Origin: Cyanophora paradoxa CCMP329
Lineage: Eukaryota > Plantae > Glaucophyta
Direction: 5' to 3'
DNA: 64,000 nucleotides
NCBI GenBank assembly: GCA_004431415.1
Contig: QPMI01000494.1
Location: 558,001 to 622,000, forward strand
Shown here piece by piece: positions 13,320-27,600 of this stretch. The notes below the pieces were generated by a model. It did not search any database, was not told the origin of the DNA, and was given only the letters and a program-made list of their open reading frames with translations. Each line of letters begins with the position of its first letter. Position 1 is the stretch's first letter. A program made the translations under genes and the position numbers.

Positions 13320-13950
13320 ACTAGGCCCCTTAGTCGCCAGCCTAGCTAATCATAATCTAGCTGGATATCGATAGGGTACTAGTCTTGTGACTCTTGTAGG
13401 CTAAAGCCTAACCGTTAAACGGGCGCTTACCCCTACTAGTAGGCTAGCCGAGTGGGCCTAGTAGTATATGTACTAGTGGCATTCATTTGCCTGACTCTAG
13501 CCGACTAGGCTAGTAGGCTAGTTAGTAGTTACTAGTACATAGTACGGTACTACCGTAGTACTCGCCCGGTATACGTGCTACGGTACCGGTACCGTAGACT
13601 CCGTAGTACGTACAGTCTGTACAGACTGGTACAATACGTTTACGCCGTAGCCTAGTAGTACGGTAGGCGTACGCGCGAGCGGCGCGACTTCAAGGCTTAC
13701 CGTAGTACTAGTAGTACCGTAGTACGAGACTGTACAACTCACCGTGCCGGCGTGGGCCGCGTGGCATGATCGCGAGTCAATGAGTGAGTCACGACTCACG
13801 AGCCTCGGCCCCGGCGGACTCCCGGGACCGGAGTCCGACGGTCATCGTGGCGTGGCACGACTACGAGCCCGAGTCCGAGGCTCATCGATCACGATTGCCG
13901 CGGCACCTACGTATACTACTAGGCTACTAGGCTACTGCGGCTACTAGTAT
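13320..13950. repeat. Low-complexity CTAG/GTAC/TACGGTAG palindrome tangle
   Basis: Dense overlapping CTAGTAG, TACTAGT, CTACGGTACCG and TAGTACG units. Confidence 0.6.
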
Positions 13951-14108
13951 AGCCAGGAGCAGTCTGTCACAGTGTGTTGCTCCTGATTGACAGTTGATAC
14001 ATCAGCGATCGCAGTACATGTACTCGCATACCGGCAGCACTCGCACAGTACAGCGTACAGCTGCAGCACTCGCATACCGGAACGTTAACTCGGACAAGCG
14101 GCAAGCAT

Positions 14109-17100
14109 ATGGAAAACACATCCAGATCTAGAGGTGATTCGAGCATTTTCGTGCACACGCATAAACCTGCGTGCGCATATAATTCGTATGCATATACATG
14201 CATGTGCGCAGATCGTGCCGGCCGCGTCTTTCGATACGGCAGCAGCACTTGCTCAAACATGCATGTCTGGTTCTCTGTCATATGCATGCTACTACTGAGC
14301 ATCCAGCTGCAGTTCGTGGTGGCAACTGGCGCGTATGCTGCGCGACCCGACCCGAATCTTCTGCTCGAAGGCAAAAGTGCCGAAGAAGCCCAGCGCATTC
14401 GAGCGTTCTATGGGACGCTGGGCCATGCCGGACCGCCGAGCGCAGCAGCGAACATAGCAGGGATCAGTGCAAAGGCGTTCGATGCGGCCAAAGGCGCCGA
14501 CGCCTCGAATTCGCTTGTATTCGAGGACGATGTGGTCACAACAGACGAGTTTGGAAGGTCCACTCATACGTTATTGATCAATGTACTCCGAGGCTCGCAC
14601 TCATACGCATACAGGATGCAACGAGTCCGCTATCGGATTGAGAACCCGAACCCCAACTGCCTTGTCCTGGATCTCATCGAAACAGTCAGGGGCATTTCCT
14701 GCAAGCAGCTCTTCTTCGATACCGACGACGCGCCCGAATCAACTCTGTTGCTGATGACCTCGTCGCCTGGGGCAGCGGCCTCTCTAGCCTCTCACATCCG
14801 CCCCTTTAAAACTATCCTCCACGCCAGCTCTGAGTGGGGTTGCCTCCTGTCGGAGAGCGGATCGTCCAGCCCTCTCACGCTGCGAGTTATCGCTTTTCCG
14901 AAGACCGGGCGCGATTCCAGCGAGATTTACGTTCGGGTTATCCCGGCTGAAGTTGTGGTGCCTGCAGCTTGCTTTCTTTATTTGGCTTGCTTAATAAATG
15001 CGCTTTTTTGAATGAACGGTCCAATCACGTGGGAGCCGTATGCGCGTGCGCAGAGCTGCATGGACCGCCTCACGTTCAGTCTCGAGGATGCCCAGCTCTA
15101 CCGAGAGGGCCAAATGCCGTCACGGGCCGAGCGACGCAGGCGCAAGCTTCTAGCCGAGCAGCCCTTCAGCATGTTCCGCTGGAACAAGGTCAGAGCTAGA
15201 CATGCACACTCAATAACTACGTCATTTGATTCGACGCGATCATGAATGCTAATCATGATCTTCATGCGTCTGGTCAGGATGGGAACGGGAAAATCATCAA
15301 GGAAGATCTCCCAGTCGGGAAGGAGATGCTGGATGCTGACCTACAGTACAGGATGGAGGCCGAGGATGCCTTGGAATCGATCGCAAGCAAGTTCCCCGGC
15401 TACTCGGAACTCACGGGGCTGAGCTCCGCCATGAATGCAGCCGGCGCCGCTTCCTCGACGACGGCCAAGGCGCCCGCCGCCACACAAGCGAAAACAGACG
15501 CCGAAGCAGATGCCGAGGCGTCTCTTGTGTCCTTCCGCCTATCCTGCATCTCCTGCTTCGCGGAGGTCACGACCACGCTTGTAATAGACTGGGATCAGCA
15601 GGGAGAAGGTGCCATCTACTATAGATCTAGAGATACGGGGAAGTGCATCAGGCCAGTCGTCGTCTTATTCTTCCCGTTCAATCAGAATCTCCGACCTCCG
15701 CTCGAATGGGTGTAAAGCTCGTTGCCGCGGCGAACATAACGTTACAAGCCGTTCTGAGCATCAACGAGTACACGAAGGAAAAAGTCCTCGGCAGCTTCGA
15801 TACGGGGGAATGGACTGTCCCGTTAAGCGCGTTTGAAATTTCAGGAAACGTGGTCATGAAAGCGAAAGCGATTTTCCACAACTCTTTCAAAGTAAATTGA
15901 AATTTAATTGACCTTTAAAATCTTCCGTGGTCATTGACCTTTAATTATTTAAATTGCCTATCTGAGCTGCAATTGCATATCTCAGGCCGAAGCGCGGCTT
16001 ACGCTCGGAGCGTTCTTCTCTGGAGCTCTGGACGCGGGGCTTAAATGGAAGAAAAACGGCGGTTGGGAAGTGCGCAGCTACGGACATTAATATTTTAATT
16101 TGCAGCTAGCATTCGGATTCAAACCTACCGCAGACGTACTCGTCCAGCAAGTTGAATTGGGGTTTTGTACCCCCTAAACTGGACTTCCGCATGTCACGTG
16201 CATTTTTGGATTGTGATCATGATCTAGCGACTTTTACTCCTTTGACTAACAGCACGAATTGCACGCATAGGCTTATCGGCCTTTGCTGGGCTTGGTCCTG
16301 CAGTCGAGCTGAACGTCTACATGGGCCTTAAAAGGGTGCCCAAAAAACTCAAAACGGGATTGGAGTCGTTGACAGAGATCGGTTTCCGCGCGACGGGGGA
16401 GGCATCGCTGTACTACGGCCTTTCTGCGTCCGCGCAGCCTGTCGCGTCCTCGAGTTGCGCCGACTGCGTGCGTGAGGACATTCAACTTGGGTTCGAGAAC
16501 CTCTATCGATATCTGACTTATTCGAATTCCGATCTATTGGACTGATAAGACAGCCGCCAGGCTTTATCTTGCAAACGTCACTCGGTATAAAGCGGCCCTG
16601 AAGTTTGTTCGGCCGGACTTCTCGTATGAGCGAGATGACAGCACTCTAACTGGAGCGGTCATGGGAATTCTTTCGGATGTAGTAAGCTTTGGTACAGGCG
16701 GCGCCGTCCAGCTTCCGACGAGTATTAAAACCGTCGAGCACATCGTAGCGGAGGTGCAGTATGTTTTGAAGCACTTTCTTTCCAACTTGCAATCGTTTAA
16801 GGAATATATCCTATCATCGCGGGGCGCATGCGCAGCGCGAAGCGGGTAGTGTAGAGATTAACGTGATGTTCCCTGAACGTCCTATCCTCGCTCCGAGCTT
16901 CGCGGTTCTCAGAGGTCCGTTGGCGGGCTTTTCGTAGGCCGGAACAGGGGGTTGATGCATTGGCCTTCTAATCAAACTTTGCGCATGCGCATGCGCAGTA
17001 CCAAAGCTTGACCTCGAAGCACTGGAGGTCACGCTCAATGTGCGATCCAAGACCGGAAAATTCAATCCTGGAAATTTGCCGGCACCGAAATATCAGGCCG

Positions 17101-20100
17101 TAGTGGCTTTCACGACAGAATCACGCGCGTTCAAAATTCCTGTTATTTGTTCCCTGGGTATCTTGAACTGCGATGCGGCACCCGTTGTAAGCGGTAGGCG
17201 CTGAGTATGCGAACGCACGATATCTATTCAATCTTTGCTGAATCACAATATCTATTCAATCTTTTAAAAATTGTTCGCGCAGCCTATTCAGAGTCGTACT
17301 TGGCTGAGGCTCGCGTTGACGGGGCAAAAGTCATCATAACTGTCCCCGAGGACGTGTACGATGCTGGTTTTGGCTCCGTAATTGTCACGGTGCGTGTACG
17401 ATGTACTCGAAAGATGCCACGTGCACAATAGGAACCTCAATCTACTCTATTATAATTAAGCACTCACAAGCATTCTTACAGGCTCGGGACTACCTCGGTC
17501 AGTCTGTCTCGAGAGTCATCAACGTGATCGTTGAAAAACGTGCGCGCGCATGCACACGCGCAGTGCATATGGGTAGACACCCCTGCTAAAGCGCTCGCCA
17601 TGCATATGGGCTGCATGCGCAGCGCCTACATTGTCCCCGCAACGGCTGTCAATTACAACGCCCCTCGACCAAACTTTCTTCGATTTTATCGAGGTTCCAT
17701 TTCTCTGGTATTGGAAACAAATTTAGTCTAGGGAGTTGACTTCAGCTTTGCACGTTACGCAGGTTGACTCCGAGAGCTTCGAAGATGCGTTTAATGTCAA
17801 CTGGAAGTCGAAAGCATACATTCCTGTAGTGGAGGGGGTGACTTTCACTGTGCTGAGCTCTAACGAGGCGGTGGTGGATCCCGTCGACGTTGCTGTGGAG
17901 GACATGCACGCGCCTAAGGGATTCTGGACACACGAGTTTCTCTTCACAATCAAGGTGATCATGAATGCAAGCGCTCTTTTGATGTGTCTCGCTCATTCTT
18001 TCTTCAGGCAAAAAGCATCGGGAGGGCAATTCTGACTTTGATTGGCACAGACTTGAAGCACCAATCTTCTTCCATGACCATCACTGTTACTGTGACTGCT
18101 GGTGCTGCGTATTCCTGCCTTTGAGGGGCGCTTTCTCAGCTTTCCTCTCTCATCTCTAATCTGGAAGTTCGTCATCCAGCGTCTGGAGCCTCAAGATTCT
18201 GTGATGGGGTTCAGCATGTCCCTGTGGATCCGTCGGCTAAGTCGGGCCAGTTCGATGACGGAAGTAAGGAGGGCGGTAGGTACAATGTCGAAGATGTCGA
18301 CTATCTGCCGAACACGCGCTGCGGGTGGATTCTCAGTCCCAGTGGCACGCCCGGGAACATTCGGATGGTGGTCGACCTTGAAAAGGCACTGGGAGCAGGT
18401 GATTCGGTGCGGGTGAGCACATTCTTCGTTTCGTCTGAAATTCTGCTATCTAGATCAACGTTGCTAGGTATTCTCTGGGTTTTTCTTCAAATACGAAACC
18501 GTCTCTGAGCTATTTCCAACTGCGAAAACGCCGGCGTATTCATTCTTCACGCACGACAAACTTTTTGTGCTCTTCACCAGCGACGGGAGCGGACAGGGGA
18601 AAGGGTTCACACTCCGCTGGTGGAAACTTTGCGGCATGAACGAAGAGGTTCCCTTCCTCGCACCACAGGGAATGTCATGGGAAGCGCAAGCTGGTTCATC
18701 CGCCACCATCACCGACGGCAGGTGCTTGCGGATGCATATATCGCTCGTCAATTTCTAAACGTTAGCGTTAACGCCGTGTCGCTCTCATTTCAGCGGAGAT
18801 TGGTACAATTTCCTGGACGGTCTCGAGTGCTCTTTCACCATAAGACCTCCGTCCCGTTCGGGCTCTGTCATACTCGGCATTTCCAAAACTTCAAAAATCG
18901 GTCCGCAAATATATTTCATATCGATAAGTTGATTCCTGGCGTCATCAACACGATCGCTATTCTGTAAACAGGTGACGGAAAAATTGAAATATGTCTCGAC
19001 GAAACAGACCCAGCTTCCTGCTCGCCCACGATGCAACGTCCTTATCTAGGGACGTTCGCGCACACTATCGCGGCCTCTTCATCCTTTGCGCACGTTCTTT
19101 CTTCGACAGCGGACAGTCAGATAATCCTTTCGTCTTCTAGCCTTCCTTCGAAGTTAGTCGTCAAGTTTCAAGCAGGAAGCATTGCTGCTGCCGGCTTCAC
19201 TGTCTACCTGCACCAACGTAATTGTCCTCTTTGAATGTCTTTGCAACACATATTTCGTAACACCGAATACCGATCAGTTTGCGACTCGCATCCGGAATCC
19301 ACTCCTCTGGAGTTCACAGGCTCAGTGACGAGCGGTGTTATAACCGACGGCACCAGTAACGAGTACGAAGACACCATGCTTTATCTGAACGGCATGAGCT
19401 GTGGCTGGAGGATTCAGCCTCCAGCTTCACTATCAAACAGGGGACGAGTGCTATTTTACTTGCAGGATTTCGATGTTGAACCAGGTGCGCGGCTAGCACT
19501 GCTGCTGTCTGTGCAGCGCGCACGTGCCTGTAGTTAGATACTTGTGCACTCATAATTAGTGCGCGATACCCTGGACGCAGATATCGAGACGGATATTCTA
19601 AGAATCACAGAAGGAGACAACGTGGTCTCTTTAGTTGGCAGCATACACGATTTGACCACAACCAGGTGCACATGAACATGCCTTAAGTTACAACACGCGC
19701 GCGTCACAATTTGGCTAATTATGTTTTCGAATTACAGATTTGTGTTTGACGGACTGAAATCCATCGACATCACATTTTCGAGCGACTCTCAGAACAGATA
19801 TGCTGGCTTCACGATTTCGTGGTTCCGCGTATGCAACGGAACGTACGCAATGACGGCTTCCAGTGGAAAACTAAGCGATGGGAGCGGCCGATTGGAGCAC
19901 CAGCCAAATACGACGTGTACTTGGTCTGGAACTTCACACACGTTCGCTTTCTTTTGTCGCACATACTAAACTTCAGATTATCACAGGATAATCAACAGCG
20001 TGGCGGACTCCCCTATTGAGCTCACCGTTACAAGTTTCGACTCACCTCCAAATCATGCCTTCCTCCGGGTGAGCTCACAAGAATATTTCTTTATCTGCAC

Positions 20101-23100
20101 GCATTGCCCTTATGAAGCATGCACGGCAAGGTGTACGACGGCCACTCAACCCAGCACCCTCTGCTGAACATTACGACTGGTAACCCTAGCGTGCCGTTCA
20201 CCATTCGCTCGACAAATTCTACAATGTTGGTCGAGTGGATAGCCGACGCGTACTACGACGAATTCCGGGACGGATTTGAGGCCGAGTTTAAAGAAGGTCG
20301 GCAGATTCACAATCGAAGCTCTTGAGTCTTAGGCTGAAGCTGGAGAATGCACAGTTGTCCAAGCACCGCACTGCCGAAAGAAGACGATTATTTACAGCCC
20401 GACGGGCACGATATCAGACGGCTCCGGTAACGACGTTTACGCTCCTTACACGTTCTGCGAATGGTGCGAATGATCCGCGGTCCTACCGCTTTGCGTCGTA
20501 ACCATATTCTCCTATAGGGAGTTCCGCCTGGGTGTCCGGGCCTCTGGCGTGCTCGTATTTGTTTTCACTGCTTTGGACACTGAGCAAAACGCCGACATCA
20601 TTAGCTTCTTCGAAGGCAAGCTCTGCCAACCCTCGCTGTCGCGTTAGCGATTTCGCTTTTGAACGATAGCAACATGAATATGAATTGATCTGATCCGCTC
20701 ATGGATTTTATTCATCAGGTGACGAGCCGTATCCCTCACGAAACATTTCCGGGAGGCTGTCGGGATTTGTCCCGCTTCTACATCGAACCTCAGGGACTTC
20801 TGTGCGCGTTAGGTTCACTTCGAACGCCAAAGTCAACAAGCAGGGATTCGAGGCCAGATATTATGTGGTCCAATATTGCGAGCCACTCACGCGTCTGAAC
20901 GCAACCTTCGAAAAGAAAAATCTTACTGATGGATCGGGGCTCGCCCTCTATGCCGACTACACTTCCTGCGATTGGTGCAGTTGTTTTGCATCTGATACTG
21001 AAGCTTGCTGTAAGTGTACACGCACAGGTTAATTGTGAGTGAAAGAGGCGGGCGCGTTCAGATCGAGTTCACCATGCTAGATATCGAGAAAGAAGCCGAC
21101 ACAGTGGAGATTTTTGATGGATCTAGTCCCTCCAAATCACCTTTAGCCCGGCTTTCGGGCACACTCGCAAGCCAGAACCGCACCTTGTTTAGCTCCTCTC
21201 CTGACGTCTCAGCACTCACTATCCGCTTCAAAAGCGGTCCGCTCAACCGTGGTCAAGGGTTTGCCCTTCGGTACTGGGAGCTGCCGCCTCAAAAACCGTG
21301 GTGCAATTTGACAACGACGCTCACGGCCGCGGAGGGTGCCTTTGATGATGGATCTGGGGGCGAGAATTACGCGAGCAACACCAGCTGCTCGTGGCTCATC
21401 ACCCCACCGTATCGAGGCTCTATCATTCTGAACTTCACCATGCTAGACACGGAGACCGGTGCAGATGTCGTGCGAATCTACGATGGGCGCAGCCCCGAGG
21501 GGCTACTTATTGGGCTGCTATCTGGGCAATCACAAGGGTCTAAAGCGCCCGTCGTCGTCGCATCTTCTGGCGCTGCATTTGTCGTGTTTACGTCAGATCA
21601 GTCTAGAACCGGGCAGGGATTCTATGCAACCTACAAAACAGGTGTTGTGAGAACTACATTAATCAAAATTGTCTGCTTGTTACTTATCATGAACCCCACA
21701 GATGCCAAGGCATGTAGTGGAAGCCAAGAATTAAAGATACCTATGGTCGGCGAAGCCGTTTCATTTGAGAGCAATAGTCTTCACAGTCTGTTCACCTATG
21801 TCTCTGGATCCTCCTGTTCGTGGTGCGCTTACTTATAATTATTTGCTGTCTTTAAAAATATCGATACCGATTGGGACGGCTTTTAAATCATTCGACGCCG
21901 TAGGAACATCACAGGACCTGAAGACTCGTCGCTTGTATTCGTGTTGAGGACGCTCTCCACCGAAAAAGAGCAAGACATCTTGCGGGTTCGTGATTGATTG
22001 CGTGAAAGTTTCAGATCTAGATATCGACTCTCCGCAATCGCGGGTAATTATAACCTCGAGGTTGCAGGTCATTGGATCCACTGCGCTCCTAGGGTTCTCA
22101 GCCGCGTCTTCGACGGCAGTAAAAGCGACGAATGACTCCACCTCTGCACCCGCAGCCGCGGGAAACCGAACTGTTGCAATTGGCGACCGTGAGCTTCTGA
22201 TGAGTGTCTCGGGTGCTTGCATTTTGTTTCTTTAGACAGACCTAGGCTGTCCGTCTCTGACACAGCTTGCGAACTATACAGGCTCGCTTGACATCTCGCG
22301 CCTTCCGCCACCGGTCCAATCGCTCTCGAACCGCCTCGCGATCGAGTTCAACACCAATGACGCCATTCAGTCGGGCGGTTTCGGGGCCAGCGTGCTAGCA
22401 GTAAAAGCACTCAAAGTTTATGCCGAAGACTTGCGGCTCGCCGATCCCGCGTCTTCCGTCCTTTTACTTTCTCTTGATGCAAATTTCGACACATGGACGA
22501 ACGCTGAAAATACCAAGGTGACTTGATTGCGAACCTCGAGCACCCGATCCGGATCCGCGTCTTTGTAAGCAAGGGTATCTCGCATACCCAGATACTCGAA
22601 GCACTGGCAACCGTCACCAACACCAACGTAACGCGCTTCAAGATCCTTAGTTTCCGGCGGGGCTCCGTCGTTCTCACGGCAAGTCATGTTTCCAATATTT
22701 TAAAGCTGTGCGGCGCGTTTCTCTAATGGGGAATGGTTTCGCATGCGTAGCTCGAGGTGAAAGAGGTGGCCGGCGCCGGGGTAAATGGGACAGCCACAGC
22801 CGCGGATCTCGCCGTTCTCATTCAACTGCGTGCCCTTACTGGGGCCCTCGTCCTGGCCGGAATGAAAGTCACAGGTGTCCAGATGGCCGCCCGAGGCGTT
22901 CTGACAGTTCGGACCGCCGAAGCCGTAACCGTCGACGTCGGGGGTGGCTTATCCATCCCTACGCCTACACCTGCAGCGGCCTCGAGCTCGGGTGGATCTT
23001 CCGGGCCGCCCGTGGCCATCATAGCCGGTGTCATTGGCGGAGTGGTGGTAGTCATCATCGTGATTGCTGCGGTCGTACTGGTCGCCCGCAGGCGTTCAGC

Positions 23101-23125
23101 TGTTGCTCCTGTACATCCCGGCTAA
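14109..23125 (+). CDS. Multi-exon type I membrane protein: signal peptide, uncharacterised beta-rich N-terminal region, ~8 CUB domains, SEA-like module, TM helix, very short tail
   Basis: Hydrophobic signal VWFSVICMLLLSIQLQFVVA. Repeated CUB motifs from ~18225 to 22400, e.g. CNLTTTLTAAEGAFDDGSGGENYASNTSCSWLITPP...FTMLDTETGADVVRIYDG...VVFTSDQSRTGQGFYATY. FKILSFRRGSVVL at ~22635-22675, then TM VAIIAGVIGGVVVVIIVIAAVVLVA-RRR and stop at 23125. Confidence 0.87.
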
Positions 23126-24689
23126 ATTTGAAGAGCAGTACGCCCCGCAGCCGCGCAGGCCCCGGGCCCCCCTCCCCCCGCCCTCCTCCCCCCCCTCCTA
23201 CTCCCCCCTCCTACTCCCCCCCTCCCGCCCTCATACTCTGAATAATATTGAATCCGGATCCCTCTAGGGCAGCGGCTATCTTTTGAAGTCAAAGTAAAAT
23301 TTAAGCTTACAAGGGTAATGAAACAATTGCGATGGATGAATACTGTGGTGCTGCGGGACTCATGGCCGAGAGTCGCGGGTGTCCTGATCGGGGCCATGAT
23401 CACCCGATCGCGACGAGGGTCCGGAGCCCCGCCACGGCGACGACCTGGACGGAGCGCGCGGATAACGCCCTGCGTTTCTCGATAAGTGACAGAAGATCTA
23501 GCTATAGATGTAGAGCGCATGGAATTTCGCGCCCCGTCCACGCCCAAGCTCCTTAAGCTTGTGCGGCAGAACTCTCTGCCGCAGTGCCGCCTCGGCGATG
23601 ATCATGACACGCCCCCGCGCGAACGCGCCGCCTGGACAGCACAACTTGCAACGTCCTCGCAGGCCCGCCGGCGCCAAACTTCCAGACCCTGGCGCGGCCG
23701 ATCTCGACGCCGCCCCCGGTTCCTGTCCCGCTTTAAATTCCCCGGCTGAGCGCGCGATCGCAATGCATACATATGCGCTACCTGCAGATGCACTCCCCAA
23801 CGCCCGACGCCCCGCCTTCGACTGACTGTACATGTACATATGCAACGATTGTGGGGTACTTCGAAGTGCACCACGCTGGATCCCCCCAGGACCCCAGGGC
23901 CATGCCCCCACCCCTTCGAATTCGAATTCTCTTCCGCGGTCTGGGACCAAGGGCATACTCTCTCTGCGGCCCGTCGACCTAATCATAAATTAAAGCCCTC
24001 CTCGACCGCACTAGTACTTCTCCCCTCCGTCGGCTGGAGCTCTGCTTCCTCACTGCCTCGCGCGCCCCCTTCCCGTCGGCCCCCCTTCCCTCCTCCCCCC
24101 CCCCCCGCCCCCTTCCCCTGGAGAGGATTTGCATTAGCACACAACAACAACTACTAGGAGTTTCACATCGCCCAATTTATCTCTCCGACTAGATAACACT
24201 GAGGACCGTCGAGTGCTGTGCTCTGTCTAAGTGATGAGAAATTCTATCTACGTCCTATATCTACAAATGGGGCGAGAGGCCGAAAGATACACCTGCAGAA
24301 AAAGCCCAGCGCCCTACGCAGACCGATGACCCCCCCCCCCCCCCCCCGTTCCCCCCCGCTCATGCGTTCTACCCCACCGTCGCTCCTGCTCCGTACGCCC
24401 AGCTCCCCGCCACCCTGCAGCGCACCGTGCGGCACGCTGCAGCTGGCACGCAAAGCCCCACCGCGAAGTTGAATTGATGGTTTAATTGCAAAGCTCAGAA
24501 ATCGGACAGAATGCTTGAACTTGCATTACGAACGACAGTTAGCTGTACATGTTGTGGATAGATATCGATATCATGCGTTCTTGCGCCTGCAGCTGGCTCT
24601 GTTAAATTTGCGGGTGAGCTCGAGGTTCGGCAAAATGAGATCATTTCCGAACTTCATGATCACGTCGTCGCAATCGATATTTAGGAAAT

Positions 24690-27600
24690 TCAATGGGCCG
24701 CCACCGGAGGCACGGCCGCGTTGGCGTCGACTCGGACTTGGACTGGTTCGACTTGGACTCGGGCAGGCTCGACCCTGGCGGCTGGGGCCACGGCGCGCGA
24801 CCGCCTGCCTCGCATGACGAAGAAGACCGCAACGCCCACAATGATTGCCACTCCGACAACCGAGCCGACAACTGCGAGCACGCGTGCACGCGACAAAATC
24901 ATGAGATCTAAATCTAGAGCTCGAATTCGAAATTGAATGCAGAAGCATCCGCACCGGCACCGGCGATGACGCCCGCGTTGGAGCTGCCCGAGCCCCCACC
25001 CCCGCCTCCGCCTGCAGTTCCGGCCGGGACCGCGCCGCCGGTCGGGTTGACGGACGCTTTCACCGTCTGCACCGCCATGCCATAATTGTCGTCCAGAGCC
25101 GTCACGCTGATCTGCGACCGGGGGCCGGGATCGTTGAGACGTGATCGGCTTCCAGCTGCGAGTGCATGCGCAGCGCTGCAGCTGGCTGTGGGTGTCGTAT
25201 ATAAATGCATAAATGCATGCATGTGGACCGGTCCGCGCGCGGCGGCCGGGCGGGGAGTGGCTCACATCCACGTTTCCGGCCTTCAACGCCATGGATGAGT
25301 TGACCTCGAGCGAGTAGGCAGCGTCTGCCAGAAGTGCTCTGCCACCAAGAAGTGCTGCGCATAAACAGGCGTCAAAAGTCATCAATCCGGATAGTATACA
25401 ATCATAGATTACATGATCAGGCTGGCTAGCGCTGCCGCACCCTTCTTACAAGTAATAGCGCTGTTTGGAAGAATGGTTTCGTCGCCGCTCTTCGCGGTGC
25501 ACTCTGCGAAATCGCTGATTATTATATCGCTCCAGAAACAAACGTAAACTTCATGATATATATTAACAATAGCATATGCAATGGGCAATAGAAATATTTG
25601 TATGAGCGCAATTAAATGCGAATGCGCGCAACCGAACTTCAAATGCAATCTCAAATGTGTGTATGCGCGCCTACAATCGAGGATGTGGTTGTAAAAGTGA
25701 GGCCAAGCGACTGCTTCGCGCCGCCAACAGCTGTGATGGAAGTCTCGCCCCCTGCAGTCGCCTTTACCGCAGGCGCTGTCCGTTTTTGCAAGTGGCATTG
25801 TCAGTGAGCATGCGCAGCGCGCTCGGCGTGGAAAGAGGTCACGATCGAGCGGAGAGACTGCACCGGCGATGGTTGTGACACCCACGGCATCGCCCGTTGT
25901 GGGGAAATTGCGCGCCAGGAGAACCACCGTACCCGTGTTGATAGGATCGACCACCTGGAAGCCTCCCAGCGTAATGGCTTCGCTGGTAGCGGTGAAAGAA
26001 GCCTGCGAAACTTCAGATGTCTGGATCTCAGCGTAGGGATACCTACAGTTAGCGCGTACCTCGGGACTGCGCGACATAGTGACCTTCACGTCGTTCATGC
26101 CATCGGCCCTCTTCGTCACCTATCGAGATTGTAGTTCTGATCAGTAGATGGCATTATTTATTTTGAAGGCAAGGCCGCGGACCTCTGCCTTTACTTGACC
26201 GAGCAAAGCAACAGTCGGGACCACATTCAACTTACCAAGCGCCACGATTTCGAAGTCTGCGCTCAGCCCAACAATGGCCTCGGCAGTTCCGCCTGCACAT
26301 ACACGCGTGGAATATGATATTAGACGCGCGGATCTATATGCGTAGTGCAAGCTTAAAGGTAATCTATAACGTGAACAGTTCTGCTTTCGATTTCGTACCG
26401 AGAGCGACTCCAAACTTGCACACTGGCGGTGTCCACGATGAAGTGTAGGTAAAGTACGGTGAAAATGTATCCACGACGCCGCTCTTGTAATCTTTCGAGT
26501 TGCGGAACTCCACTCCAACCTGAGCACTCAGCTGCACGCGAATATGTGTGCATGAGTTGATTTAATCTCCAAATGACGGGCCCGGGGTCCACATCGATGT
26601 CGAGGTTGATCGAATATTAATAGGGACATGACCGCACCGATGCGCCGGCCTGAAGGAGAGCCTTTGCCTTGAGCCCGGGAGCCTCCGCCTCCATGACCGC
26701 CTTGGGCTTCAGAGTCCCCTCGACCGACACCCCGGCGCCGAAGATTTTGAATCTGAGATCGACGCATTATGTCAAGGAAAGAGCTAGCTATATAGATCAT
26801 GCCGAAAGTCAATGTATAAAGTAAATGGTACCCGGCTAAGGTGATGGGCTTCGGTGTGAGTCCAGCTGCCGACTACGCATGCGCGTGCACGCGCATGATC
26901 GCGAATCAGGATGATCGATATCACGAAAAACCTATCGCTGCATAATGACTCGTTTACTAAATACGCACAAGCAAATCTATACTGGCTTTGATCTTTGGAG
27001 AATCGATATCCAGCTGGAACTGTACGTGTGCAAGCTGTTAGCTTCTGTGCATGAAGCGAGATCAAAACTATTCCATAAATTAGAACAGATACTCACGTCG
27101 ACATTGAACGCTAGCGTCCCGTCCAGATGCATCCTGGCATAGGCAGAGGCTCGAGATCAGAACAGGCGCTAACGCTAGTTATATATTTGGGCTCGCAACA
27201 ACAAAAATCGTTACGGACCTGAAATACTTGATGCGACCCCCCGTACTTGTCCAGATGAGAGTGACTTCCATGGATACTCCTGCGTAGGCTGCAAGTACAA
27301 AGATAGCGGTCAGACTGACACAATCGATTGCGATAAGTTTACCGCGGTTATATAATTACGATTGCGCGCGCATTATTGAGATGGCGGTCAAACTGATGCG
27401 ATCGATCGCGATACCGCGGCTACAATTTCAATTGCGCGCGCATTAAACTGCGCATGTCTGCAACGTGTTTATACGTATATATACGTACCGAAGCAGTTCT
27501 TGCAGGCCATGTCCACTCCGCTGCCGCACTGAAGTCAATTTGATATCGATTCCGAGAACTTTTAATTTGAGTCCTATGTGTGGATATAAAGCGATTTGAA

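Noticed and set aside
15868-15985. Possible GC donor AAA|GCGATT in the CUB gene
   Set aside because: An in-frame GT donor (TTCAAA|GTAAAT, ~15892) fits equally well, so it was not counted as GC-AG evidence
23280-24480. Short ORFs between the two receptor genes
   Set aside because: No recognisable domain or consistent exon chain; likely UTR or intergenic sequence with poly-C runs
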